Below, one piece after another: positions 9,370 to 19,413 of a stretch of 64,000 bases of DNA; the stretch's first letter is position 1; the number at the start of each line of letters is the position of its first letter. A program made the position numbers and the translations under genes. This stretch comes from a virus (lineage: Duplodnaviria > Caudoviricetes), in the IMG/VR virus record IMGVR_UViG_3300025372_000001. One strand, written 5' to 3'. The notes beneath the pieces were generated by a model. That model was not told the DNA's origin and searched no databases. It worked only from the letters and a program-made list of their open reading frames with translations.

Positions 9370-9868
9370 AAGTTGGGTTATTTTGTTGTTGCTGCTGATA
9401 TTGGCCTTGTTGCGGAGGAGAAGGTTGCTTAACCGTAGGCGGATTGATATGAGCATTTAACTGTGTCAAAGCTTGAATAATATATTGAGTAATATCAGTA
9501 AGATACTTGTCATTGGCCTTCATTGATCCTATTTTTTGTAAGGCCGGAACCAATTTAGCTTGTTTGATAATACCAACTAAATTCTTCCATTCTTGTTTTA
9601 ATTGAGCATTGGGATCATTACCTGGTTTTGGTTTATATTGATTAGCATTCGGTGTTGGAGCAGTAGGTTGATTACCTTGAGGTTGTTGCGCAGGGGCTTG
9701 CTGTTGAATATTCGGAGCTAATTCATGCAAAATGGCTAATTGATAAGAATTAAGCTCATTCTTTTCCAACATGGTTCGCAGTTGATCATCGGATAATTCT
9801 CCATTTAAAATACTTTTTCTAAAAGAGTCAGCATAGAGTGCATGTTCATAAAGAGAGGTTGAGGTCAT
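9359..9868 (-). CDS. Gln/Pro-rich hypothetical late protein
   Basis: Has its own TAAATA (9874-9879, - strand); low-complexity Q/P segments. Confidence 0.6.
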   Translation of the reverse strand: MTSTSLYEHALYADSFRKSILNGELSDDQLRTMLEKNELNSYQLAILHELAPNIQQQAPAQQPQGNQPTAPTPNANQYKPKPGNDPNAQLKQEWKNLVGIIKQAKLVPALQKIGSMKANDKYLTDITQYIIQALTQLNAHINPPTVKQPSPPQQGQYQQQQQNNPTSIQ

Positions 9869-9873
9869 GGTAG

Positions 9874-9890
9874 TATTTATTCAGTAAATA
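9874..9890. promoter_or_regulatory. Back-to-back divergent late promoters (TAAATA on both strands)
   Basis: tattta-ttcag-taaata, 5 and 6 nt from the starts at 9868 (-) and 9897 (+). Confidence 0.65.
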
Positions 9891-9896
9891 ATTTTA

Positions 9897-11843
9897 ATGG
9901 CAACGAACACCACTACCAATGATTTATTATCTGCAATTGATTCATACATGAAATCAAATGGTAAAGGTGTTCATTATATTGCCTCAAAAATGGCAGATAT
10001 TTTTGATAATAAGGATGCTCCGTTAAATCCTAAATCGGGACCATTAAGTTTAATTCAGGAAATATTCGAAGATTTACAGATTGCAATGGAAACATTGTAT
10101 AAAACCCCGACTTCTGTAATTCCCTCTTTTAAGAAAGAGTTGGGATCAGTTAATAAAGCAGTTAAGAAGTTCAATACTAAACTTAGAGATATATTCACGA
10201 GTATGGATACTTTTGATAACTATATCCTGAATTTAGTAACAGTTGGGAAAAATAAAAAACCGGTAACTGCCCCATATCAAACTTCTCAAGCAGGTTTTCT
10301 AAAAGTGTCCTTGTGGGGATATAGTTCTTTTTGGAGTCCCTATAATGGAATTCCTGTGTCTATTAGAAGCATTCATCCTGATATAATTAAACAAATTCAG
10401 AATAGTATGCCGGAAAAAGTCTTGCGTTCTGCTCCTACTGTTGCTGCTCCAATTCCAATTGTAACAAAATCCGTTCTTCCTCCCAATAACAATAATAGTC
10501 ATAACGAACCTGTTCAAAAGAAAAGTGGTATTTGGTCTACATTATTTGGCATAATGGGATTGGGCGCAACTGTTGTGGGTATAGGTCATCTTGCTAATGA
10601 ATTAGAAAAAACTCCTGAAGGCATAAAAATGAAGGAGCAAATTAAGCAAATATTAGGAGATGGAGTTTCCAAATTATTCACAAAGATTGGTAAATTTATT
10701 ACTTCTCCTGAAACTCAAGCAGCAACAGTATCTGGTTTAAAAATTGTATGGAGTGCTTTTAAATGGGTAGGTAGAGACATTTATACCAAAATTACTAATG
10801 GAAATTATACGGCTGGAATAGTCGAAGCATTGACTTCTTGGTTAATATTAAGAAATACTCCTTTGATCAAATGGATCATTAGACCTTTAGAAGGCGTATT
10901 AAAGAAAACCTTTGGTTCTCTTTTCGGAGGATTATCAAAAGGACTGTCTTCTATAAAATGGACAGGAGTAAAATCCTTAGCAGGAGGATTAGCTAAATTT
11001 GCTGGTAGAGCCTTAGTAATTTATGGTATCTATGAAGGTATCATGAGCATATATGATAGCGGTTCTAAGATTGCTAAAATTGTATCTGATATGATGACTT
11101 CTTCTGAGAAAGCATTGGAAGTCAATAATAATATGAAGAAGGGATGGGATGCAAAGAATGCTGCCCGTAATAGTAAATTACAAATCGAAATAAATGAATT
11201 AGAAGAAAAGAAAATGAGGGGAACCATTACTATGTTAGAGGAATCTTCTTTAAACCAGAAGAGAATACTTCAATATATTAATGATAAAGATGCTCAATTG
11301 GAAGCTATTGCCAAGAAACAAGGAGATAGACAAGCAGGATTCTTTGGTTGGTTTAATGGTGCTGCTAAGAAATACGAAATCGAACAAGAAAATGCTATTC
11401 GTAAAGAAAAAGAAGAACTTAATAGAATTCTTCAAGGATATAAGTCTAAAGAAAAATCTTTAAAAAATAAGGATTTAACAAGGGATCAAGTTTCTACCAA
11501 TGATGCACAAAGAGATGCAGATCAAATTAGAGGAATTAAAGCTGTTGCAGTACAAGATGCAACAGTGATTCAACCTAATTCAAAAGATCAAATTCTTATG
11601 GCGAAAACCGGAGGACCATTTGATCTTGCCATGAAACAAATGAATCGAATGATGAATGAGAAATTGGATGAATTGATTAATGTTGCCATGGCAAACGTTC
11701 AAGCTACTATGAGCGGAAGTAAAACAGTTGCTCAAACTATTGCAGCAACGGCAGGAAATAAGTCTTCTCCTGCTATGCCTTCGTTTAATGGACCTGATCC
11801 AATTAGAGCAATGCGAAATCAAGTTAATAGCTTCGTTCATTAA
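9897..11843 (+). CDS. Tape measure / baseplate hub gp29-like protein
   Basis: Long helical protein with Gly-rich hydrophobic segments and coiled coil; C-terminal AVAVQDATVIQP…ILMAKTGGP; lies before the gp48-like gene. Confidence 0.6.
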   Translation: MATNTTTNDLLSAIDSYMKSNGKGVHYIASKMADIFDNKDAPLNPKSGPLSLIQEIFEDLQIAMETLYKTPTSVIPSFKKELGSVNKAVKKFNTKLRDIFTSMDTFDNYILNLVTVGKNKKPVTAPYQTSQAGFLKVSLWGYSSFWSPYNGIPVSIRSIHPDIIKQIQNSMPEKVLRSAPTVAAPIPIVTKSVLPPNNNNSHNEPVQKKSGIWSTLFGIMGLGATVVGIGHLANELEKTPEGIKMKEQIKQILGDGVSKLFTKIGKFITSPETQAATVSGLKIVWSAFKWVGRDIYTKITNGNYTAGIVEALTSWLILRNTPLIKWIIRPLEGVLKKTFGSLFGGLSKGLSSIKWTGVKSLAGGLAKFAGRALVIYGIYEGIMSIYDSGSKIAKIVSDMMTSSEKALEVNNNMKKGWDAKNAARNSKLQIEINELEEKKMRGTITMLEESSLNQKRILQYINDKDAQLEAIAKKQGDRQAGFFGWFNGAAKKYEIEQENAIRKEKEELNRILQGYKSKEKSLKNKDLTRDQVSTNDAQRDADQIRGIKAVAVQDATVIQPNSKDQILMAKTGGPFDLAMKQMNRMMNEKLDELINVAMANVQATMSGSKTVAQTIAATAGNKSSPAMPSFNGPDPIRAMRNQVNSFVH

Positions 11844-11863
11844 TTGAGCAATAAATAATTTCA

Positions 11864-12892
11864 ATGGCATCATTGAACTATGAATATTCTGATAGCGACA
11901 GTAGATTTCTAAAACCTATTGGTTCTGGGGATGTGGATGTTGTCAATGATTTTGCATGGACCAAATCGCCAAAATCTGCCAGAACAGACGTTCCATTTGT
12001 TAAATTAATAGAATATCAACAAACCACCGGACAACTTGGAGCAGCAATGTTATATTATTCAAGAGTAATCGGCACAGCATTGGCAGGAGGAAGTATCTTT
12101 AAAAATAAAAATCCTGGCGATGTGTATCAATACAAATATATAGCAGAACCAACGGGATTTCGCTACTCTTTTCCTTATTTTTCTACCCAGAAACATACAA
12201 GAAAAACTGACTTCTCTGGAGAAAATCAAAACCCTTTTAAAAGTAGTATTGACTTAGGTAAGCATATTGTTGAATATGGCAGTAATAAGGGGCATGGATT
12301 ATTCAGCAAAGATTTCGGATTAATGGCAGAAGCATCTACTCTTGTAGGATTAGGGGTGAATGTCGCAAATACATATTTCCCAGGTAATATTAATTTTGAA
12401 CTTCCGCAAAAATGGCAATCTACCACAGAAGGTTCGGTATCAGTAAATTTTACCTTATCCAATACAGGAACATTGGATGATATAGATAATAATCGTAATC
12501 TCGCATATGTTTTAACGTATCAAAATTCTGCCAATCGTCGTAATTTTGCCTTAAATGATCCAGTTGTAATCTATTCCTTGGAAATTCCTGATGTAGTTAA
12601 TTTTCCTGCATGTTATATGTCAGAGTTAAACATTCAAAATTTAGGAAATACTAGAATCATAAAAGGACGGGGAATAGATAAGGTTGTTCCAGAAGCATAT
12701 CAGTTTGATATGACTTTTACTTCTCTGATTCTTCCTACTAGAAATATTATGGAAGGAATGGATGGGGGTTCTCCTGTTCAAGCAATTAATAATGTCAACA
12801 ACTTATCTCAAGCTACTTTAAATGCGCTTTCGACTATCAAATCAACCTTACCTTCCGCAGGTAAAGAACTAACACCTACTAATCCTGATTAA
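11864..12892 (+). CDS. Baseplate tail-tube cap, gp48-like
   Basis: VPFVKLIEY…PQKWQSTTEGSVSVNFTL…YSLEIP…FPACYMSELNI…PEAYQFDMTFTSL. Confidence 0.65.
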   Translation: MASLNYEYSDSDSRFLKPIGSGDVDVVNDFAWTKSPKSARTDVPFVKLIEYQQTTGQLGAAMLYYSRVIGTALAGGSIFKNKNPGDVYQYKYIAEPTGFRYSFPYFSTQKHTRKTDFSGENQNPFKSSIDLGKHIVEYGSNKGHGLFSKDFGLMAEASTLVGLGVNVANTYFPGNINFELPQKWQSTTEGSVSVNFTLSNTGTLDDIDNNRNLAYVLTYQNSANRRNFALNDPVVIYSLEIPDVVNFPACYMSELNIQNLGNTRIIKGRGIDKVVPEAYQFDMTFTSLILPTRNIMEGMDGGSPVQAINNVNNLSQATLNALSTIKSTLPSAGKELTPTNPD

Positions 12893-12896
12893 TATT

Positions 12897-13226
12897 ATGT
12901 CTCAATTAAACCTGTACGATTATGCCAATATCTTCTCTACCTATGTAGATGCAGATGGTTATTCCTATTATGATTTAATTAATAATCTTGTCATTGAAGG
13001 AGATATTGATAGTACATTGTATGATGAAATTTTTTATAATGAGAATGTTTCATGGTATGACTTGTCTCAGATTTATTATGGAACTACTCGTCTTTGGTGG
13101 GTAATTCTTATTGCTAATAATGTAATAAATCCATTTGAAGACGTTAAAACCGGAAACAAAATTAAGATATTAAAAAGTACCGTCGTTTCTGAAATTTTAT
13201 CGAATATAAATAATCAGAGTGCCTAA
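12897..13226 (+). CDS. gp53: Baseplate wedge protein gp53-like (LysM-type)
   Basis: SWYDLSQIYYGTTRLWWVILIANNVINPF. Confidence 0.85.
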   Translation: MSQLNLYDYANIFSTYVDADGYSYYDLINNLVIEGDIDSTLYDEIFYNENVSWYDLSQIYYGTTRLWWVILIANNVINPFEDVKTGNKIKILKSTVVSEILSNINNQSA

Positions 13227-14844
13227 TAGCGATCCTAACACTTATTCTTTTAATAACCAAGATTATTCTTTTGAAATAAAATTGTGGAATGGGGTATCTA
13301 GCGTTCAATTGACTAATACTGCATGGGATGATCTTGTTCTAGAAGATAACCTATTTGATATTTTCGTCAAAGGTAGCATTACTGTCAACACTCCGTACAA
13401 CATTCTAGAACGTTCTACTAATGAAGCTAATGAGAACGTTGGACAAAAACTTAATTTAGAATATAAATTTAGAAACGATGGGCGAGATACTTTATACCTT
13501 TCCATTAAACCTAATTCGGACAATCAATTGGATCAAGCGGGAATTACTTTAGAAGATTCTCGATGGTTAATTGAGTTAGAAATGGTTATCTATGATGTTC
13601 AAGATTTACCTTCAGATGATACTTCTGCCAAGAAAAAGAAATTATATTTCTGGGAGAAAACATATCAAATGATGAAGGAAAAAGACTCAGAATTTTCAAC
13701 AGCAACAACCGGACCTAATGCTAATAAACAAGGACAAGATCAAGCCAATGATGATGATAGAAGTCTTAGCACTGGTGATGCATTAATTGCCTTATTACAA
13801 AACGATCCTTTATTTTATCAATATATAGGTGATACTTCCGCTGCTAATTGGAACAAGGGGGATGCCACTAATTTATTATTTTATACTTCTCCTGTTGGTA
13901 GTAAATTCATTAATGATTTGATGTATATCTATGATGCACATGTTGCATCTGCTGCCGAAGGTAATCAACCATGTATTCTTAAATTAGAAAGAGCACAAAA
14001 TAAAGGACAAGTTAAAACTTTCAGTTTAAAGACTATTGAACAGTATTTCAAACAAGCCGGAACAAGTAATCCAGGAAAGTATCAATTGGAACATTTTTTC
14101 ATCAGGGAATCGGATGAACAAAATAATTCTCCAATTATTAAGAAAGCCCCTTTATCGACTAGTCAAACTACTGAAATCAAAGCAGACGAATTTAATATAG
14201 TTAGAGGATACAGATTAGTTGATTTAGCAGGCGGAGATTATGCTAATAACCTAGCTAATAGAAGAATTGTTTCATATAATTCTTCTGATAAACAAATCAA
14301 TGTGGAAGCCAAGTTACACTCTTCAACCGAATGGAAAACCTTCTTTAATGAAAGAATTAAACCAAATGTATTAGTTTCTTCGGGAATATCAAGTGACCGT
14401 TTACCAGTTACACCTTATATTGAAAATGGTCTTAATACCATAACTGAGTTTAGTACTAGACCTACTGATGCAGGAAGATTGATAGAAGGAAGAAATAAAA
14501 TAATAAAATATTATTTGTTTTCTAATCTATGTATATCTATTACAACAAGGGGGTTAACCCATAGACAACCGGGAAGATTCTTTGGTCTTTCTAAACAGTC
14601 ATTAAATGATAAAGAATATGACCATAAGTTAGAAGGTCAATATTTTATAACTAATGTGAAACATCATTTTTCTAATACAGAACGAGGATATTATACAGAG
14701 ATATTAGGAGTAAAACCACAAGTATATCGGGAAGATACTCCTTTACCTAAAGGGGACGTAATTCTAATTGGACAAAACGGAGATGAGCTTACTCCTTTAC
14801 CTGCCTCGCAAACTAATTCTTCCTCTTCTCAGCTCTTAGCCTAG
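13219..14844 (+). CDS. Baseplate hub protein, gp27/gpD-like
   Basis: N-terminal LVLEDNLFDIFVKGSITV; C-terminal RQPGRFF…LEGQYFITNVKHHFS…YYTEILGVK. Confidence 0.75.
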   Translation: MPNSDPNTYSFNNQDYSFEIKLWNGVSSVQLTNTAWDDLVLEDNLFDIFVKGSITVNTPYNILERSTNEANENVGQKLNLEYKFRNDGRDTLYLSIKPNSDNQLDQAGITLEDSRWLIELEMVIYDVQDLPSDDTSAKKKKLYFWEKTYQMMKEKDSEFSTATTGPNANKQGQDQANDDDRSLSTGDALIALLQNDPLFYQYIGDTSAANWNKGDATNLLFYTSPVGSKFINDLMYIYDAHVASAAEGNQPCILKLERAQNKGQVKTFSLKTIEQYFKQAGTSNPGKYQLEHFFIRESDEQNNSPIIKKAPLSTSQTTEIKADEFNIVRGYRLVDLAGGDYANNLANRRIVSYNSSDKQINVEAKLHSSTEWKTFFNERIKPNVLVSSGISSDRLPVTPYIENGLNTITEFSTRPTDAGRLIEGRNKIIKYYLFSNLCISITTRGLTHRQPGRFFGLSKQSLNDKEYDHKLEGQYFITNVKHHFSNTERGYYTEILGVKPQVYREDTPLPKGDVILIGQNGDELTPLPASQTNSSSSQLLA

Positions 14845-14860
14845 TTATAAATATAATTAA

Positions 14861-15901
14861 ATGGCAGCAGTAGCAACAGAACAATTTTATCAGAGTTTAC
14901 GGGCAAGTCCTTCGGGACAACAGCAAACCGGAACAGTTATCGATGAAATCAAGGGAGCAATGCAAACCTCTCAAAATCCTTTAGATCGTACAGTTCAAAT
15001 GGTAGCAGAAACCCACGGTCCTTATTCGGGAGGGTCTGCATCATTATTCAGTTTCACCACTTTAATTGCATCATTACTTAATATTCCTATATTAACAACT
15101 CTTTCTAATCAAATTGGTCAAGCGGCATGTGATGTTCAACAGGCATTGTCTCTTCTTCCTCCTTCTTTTGTTGGAAGGGGAAATACCTTAACGGGAGCAA
15201 CGATGAATACTGCAATGTTAAGAGAGTTTGTTACAACTGTGCAAAACATGCATCCTGCCATTAATGAATATATTAGTATGCATCAAGATACCTTTCCATA
15301 TTTTGCGCCTACTAGTGAAGAAGTTGGTTCTTTTGCATATATTACTATTAGAGAAACTGAAACTGATCCGGCAAAATGGGGAAATAAAAATAACTCTGCT
15401 TGTTTAACTAATAATTATAGAATTCATAAAAATCAAACCTTAAAAATGACTCCTTCAATTTATCAAGGAATGGATACTAGTAATAGATTGGTTAATACTT
15501 TATTTGTAAGAAATCTTCAAGGAGATAATAACATGGCCGTTTTGCATCCTAATTATTCTACGGAACATGTATTGGTTCATGGACATAATTTCACCATGGA
15601 TGTACAAATGGCAAAAAGAAGAAAAGGAGCAATGCCTGGTAGTCTTGCTGCCGTCATCCAATTAGCAGGTGATCTTATTCGTTTAATTAATAAATTCTTT
15701 TGCTTATTATCATTGGGCAGGTATGAAGTAGAGACATTTAATATTTCTTTTGCAGAAGGCCCAAACAATAAACCTATCACTGTCACAGTTGATAATAAAG
15801 GTAGATTAATTAATACATCTACGAAGGCAAGTAATAGTAATGATCCGACAAATACACGGATGATCAATGCTGATAAGGCATATAAGAAGGAGAAAACTTA
15901 A
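14861..15901 (+). CDS. Hypothetical baseplate-module protein
   Basis: Perfect TATAAATA at 14846-14853; lies between the hub gene and gp5. Confidence 0.6.
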   Translation: MAAVATEQFYQSLRASPSGQQQTGTVIDEIKGAMQTSQNPLDRTVQMVAETHGPYSGGSASLFSFTTLIASLLNIPILTTLSNQIGQAACDVQQALSLLPPSFVGRGNTLTGATMNTAMLREFVTTVQNMHPAINEYISMHQDTFPYFAPTSEEVGSFAYITIRETETDPAKWGNKNNSACLTNNYRIHKNQTLKMTPSIYQGMDTSNRLVNTLFVRNLQGDNNMAVLHPNYSTEHVLVHGHNFTMDVQMAKRRKGAMPGSLAAVIQLAGDLIRLINKFFCLLSLGRYEVETFNISFAEGPNNKPITVTVDNKGRLINTSTKASNSNDPTNTRMINADKAYKKEKT

Positions 15902-15903
15902 TT

Positions 15904-17403
15904 ATGATTAGATATGATAGAGAATATAGAGGAATTGTTATTCAAGATAATGATCCTAATCATGCAGGCCGCGTAAAAGTATATGTTCCAGAAGTCAATG
16001 TAACTTTATTAAAGAATTGGAATCAAAATAAGACAGAAGACAAGATGATTACTCATATGGGTGATAATACTGGAACTGCTCTTACTCCTGAAATTCAAGA
16101 CAGACTGAGAAAAATGTTACCTTGGGCAGAAGTTATGCTTCCTACTTTTGGTATGTCAACTAATGCTTTTTATCATGCTAACTCCAATAAATCATTTGGT
16201 GGTAATGATGGCGGATTAACTAGTCAAGATAGCAATAAAACTACTCAAGCCTTTCAACAAGATCAAACCGACGAAAACAATCGAAAGAATACTACATATA
16301 CACCTGATCCGTTAGGTAAGCCGCCTAGACAATCCACTGACCAATCCAATCTTAATATTGGTAAACCGACTTGTTTGCCTATGGATTGTGAAAGCAGTTC
16401 TAATCAAAATAATAAGTTTACTTTTCCGTCCATCTATCTTTCTTATAATAAGAATTCATGTGTTGCTAATTTAGCCCAAAGTTTGCCGAAGTCATATTCC
16501 TTATGTGAAAATAATATTATTCCTCCTTCTCCTACTAAACCGTTGAATGATTTAGTTACCCCTAATAATACAACTATATCTAATATAGAATTATCTGTGG
16601 AGAATCCCATTATAATGATTAATGGTAAAAAGGTGGATGTTAATGCAACTATATTCGGTATTAAATGTTTCGTTCCAACTAGTAATAACACCTTAAATTA
16701 TAATCCGCCCATATTATTTGCCCCATCTGTCACCAATGTAATTCCTCCTAATTATACAGATATTCCTATAAAAATGAATATCAACGGAAGCAATAAAATC
16801 AACACTGATTTCTTTTTTAATGGAACAAGTGGATCATTATATTCTTACAAAAGTGGAAATATTACGCTTAATATTGCTGCTAATAATATAGTGAATACCA
16901 CATTATATACAAATGGAGGGGCAACTTCAATGTCAAAGATTCAAAAGATTCTTCCATTAATTATCACAGGATTAGGACTATTAGCAAGTTTAAGTAATAT
17001 TATTATGCCAAGAAGTCCGGCTCGTTCTCCAATGATTTCCAGAGGAGGTGGAGGAAGTAATTTATATAGTAATGTCAATTCTAATCTTTTACCTGATAAA
17101 ATTAGAAGAAATTCTTTCTTAGGAGGAAGTAATAATGCATCTAGAGAAACACAGAATCAAGGCAGACAATCATTGACTAGTTATCCTTCTGATACACAAT
17201 CGAATTTACAAGGAAAACCTGATGTGGGTGGGCCATACAGACCCTCTGATCAAGGGAATAACTTTAAGGGAATTGTTTCTATTCCTTCTCCTGGTGCTCA
17301 TGTTTATGTGAGATTTGAAAACGGAGATGCAAATCGACCTATCATTACCGGAACATATGCAGGTAGAAATGATTATGAAAACATCTACGGGATTCCTAAA
17401 TAA
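15904..17403 (+). CDS. gp5: gp5/VgrG-type N-terminal OB-fold protein with a large internal insertion
   Basis: YRGIVIQDNDPNHAGRVKVYVP…LPWAEVMLP at the N-terminus; IPSPGAHVYVRFENGDANRPIITG at the C-terminus. Confidence 0.85.
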   Translation: MIRYDREYRGIVIQDNDPNHAGRVKVYVPEVNVTLLKNWNQNKTEDKMITHMGDNTGTALTPEIQDRLRKMLPWAEVMLPTFGMSTNAFYHANSNKSFGGNDGGLTSQDSNKTTQAFQQDQTDENNRKNTTYTPDPLGKPPRQSTDQSNLNIGKPTCLPMDCESSSNQNNKFTFPSIYLSYNKNSCVANLAQSLPKSYSLCENNIIPPSPTKPLNDLVTPNNTTISNIELSVENPIIMINGKKVDVNATIFGIKCFVPTSNNTLNYNPPILFAPSVTNVIPPNYTDIPIKMNINGSNKINTDFFFNGTSGSLYSYKSGNITLNIAANNIVNTTLYTNGGATSMSKIQKILPLIITGLGLLASLSNIIMPRSPARSPMISRGGGGSNLYSNVNSNLLPDKIRRNSFLGGSNNASRETQNQGRQSLTSYPSDTQSNLQGKPDVGGPYRPSDQGNNFKGIVSIPSPGAHVYVRFENGDANRPIITGTYAGRNDYENIYGIPK

Positions 17404-17408
17404 TTTTC

Positions 17409-19397
17409 ATGCATTATCCTTCCAAATATAGTAGTGATCCCGCTAATTCTGCCGACAAGCTTAGAAATTTATCTTTGATAAATCAACCGGCTGGTTACTT
17501 AGAATTCATCAACACTAAAGACGAAGAAGTTGTCACTCTTGGACATAAAATCGGTTCTTATGATCGTTTCTACAAAGACGGCAAAGAATCCTTAGTAGTT
17601 GGAAAGAAACGTCAAAAAGTCTTAGAAGACGAATGGCATACAGTTGGGGGAAATTATACTCATTGTGTTGATCAAAATATAGAAACTATTACTCTTGGAG
17701 ACGTTAATGATAAAATTGGTGATATTGTTAAATGGCAACAATATGTTGAACAATATAAAAAACTCCTAACAGAATATCATAATGATGTTAGAAAATTTGA
17801 AGTACAAAGAACAAGTTATGAAAATGTAATTGATCAATCACCAGGACAATCTAAATCAGGAACACATGCCAGGTGTCCTATTCATGGAACGCAATCTAAG
17901 ACCCTTTTAACAAGTTCTGCATCATCTTTAGGGTCAGGTTCCCTGAGTAGTGCTACGTGTCGCCAAATACAGCAAATAACGCAAACAAAGGACCAATACC
18001 AAAATGTTGCCGGTGGCGGAAAGGATTGTTTCATTTGTGGCGGTTCTTTATTAAGTCCATCTTCCCAAGATGGTATCTTTGTTCCTGATCCTGCCAAAGC
18101 TCAACTAATTACAAAACGAGTCGAATTACAAAAACAATTATATGAAATTGAAAGACATTTGGGACAAAATAAAAATCCTCAAGGAGGTTCTAAGTTTTTA
18201 ACTATTGCAAAAGATTATTTCTTATCTGTTGGGTTAGTGATGAACGATTTAGAATCATTTAGAAGAGATTCGATTGGTAAGTTAGTTCCTTGTGGGGTCA
18301 AAATTGATCCGGCAGGAACTAACTTGTACATCCAGTACAAGGAAAGTCCATTGGTGGAAGTGGTTGATGTGGAGAAGATTCCAGGAGGAACATTTGAGAT
18401 TCAAGCCAATCATAATTTTAACTTAGTTGCAGGTTCAGGAGGAATAATGATGAAAACATCAGGACAAATGCAATTAGGAGGAACCTTGTTTACGGCTGCA
18501 ATGGAAAATATTCTAATGAGTTCCCGAAGTGAGATTACTCTTGCGGCTAAACGTATTGATCTTAATGCAGATATTATTTCTCTTAGACCTAATGAAATTG
18601 ACGGTAAGTTAGGGAAAGAGCAACAATTATTAATTGATAGTAATTTAAATGTGGGAATTAATGCCGTTGTTAAAGGAGGATTACATGTAGAAGGGAATGT
18701 ATCTCTTCATCATGTGGATGCACCTTTAGAATGGCATACGACTGAAGCAGATTTTGAATTAGCTGTTCAGCAAGAACCTACTCCTACTATGTGTATTCCC
18801 GAAGGAAGAATACCATTGCCAGGAGTAATACAAAGTCCTCCCGATATGTCGGGAAATACTAAAGGTACTACTTACGGTAATCTATTACCAGGAGCATTAA
18901 TTGGATGGGCAGAAGGGGTAGATTCTAAAGGAGATACGCATTGTTTAAATGTATATAGTCTTGCTGCTGCCAATGTAGTTTGTATGCATCCTCACTATCA
19001 TAATTTTCCTACATTACCTTTAACATTACATACTCAAGGAGATATGCATGGAGAGGTGAGAAAAGTTGGAGCAAACAATAATAGTAATATTCCTTTTGTT
19101 GCTACACAGATTAAGGATAAATTTGTTCCATTATCTACCTCAGAAGGTAAGAAAGTTGCAAATGTTGAAAAGGGTCAAAAGGATACACTTCCAACAGGAG
19201 AAGGTGTTCGGACTTCTAATTATACTCGACAACAAATTGTCCAGAAAATGCAACAACTGGCTTCTCAAATGGAATCCCAATATTCTGATCTAAAAAATCA
19301 ATTAAGTAATCTATCGCAATTTAATCTGAATATAGATGTCGATCATTCAGGAGAAAATACTACTTTTATTGGAAATAGTCCTGATACTTGTATATAG
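17409..19397 (+). CDS. gp5 C-terminal beta-helix spike protein
   Basis: GYLEFINTKDEEVVTLGHKIGSYDRFYKDG…VVG…TVGGN…IETITLGD beta-helix repeats; distal HPHYH motif. Confidence 0.7.
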   Translation: MHYPSKYSSDPANSADKLRNLSLINQPAGYLEFINTKDEEVVTLGHKIGSYDRFYKDGKESLVVGKKRQKVLEDEWHTVGGNYTHCVDQNIETITLGDVNDKIGDIVKWQQYVEQYKKLLTEYHNDVRKFEVQRTSYENVIDQSPGQSKSGTHARCPIHGTQSKTLLTSSASSLGSGSLSSATCRQIQQITQTKDQYQNVAGGGKDCFICGGSLLSPSSQDGIFVPDPAKAQLITKRVELQKQLYEIERHLGQNKNPQGGSKFLTIAKDYFLSVGLVMNDLESFRRDSIGKLVPCGVKIDPAGTNLYIQYKESPLVEVVDVEKIPGGTFEIQANHNFNLVAGSGGIMMKTSGQMQLGGTLFTAAMENILMSSRSEITLAAKRIDLNADIISLRPNEIDGKLGKEQQLLIDSNLNVGINAVVKGGLHVEGNVSLHHVDAPLEWHTTEADFELAVQQEPTPTMCIPEGRIPLPGVIQSPPDMSGNTKGTTYGNLLPGALIGWAEGVDSKGDTHCLNVYSLAAANVVCMHPHYHNFPTLPLTLHTQGDMHGEVRKVGANNNSNIPFVATQIKDKFVPLSTSEGKKVANVEKGQKDTLPTGEGVRTSNYTRQQIVQKMQQLASQMESQYSDLKNQLSNLSQFNLNIDVDHSGENTTFIGNSPDTCI

Positions 19398-19413
19398 AAT
19401 AAATATCATTATT

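Noticed and set aside
16153-17262. Intein inside the gp5 OB-fold insertion
   Set aside because: No block B TxxH, no terminal HN-C/S/T, and no endonuclease motifs
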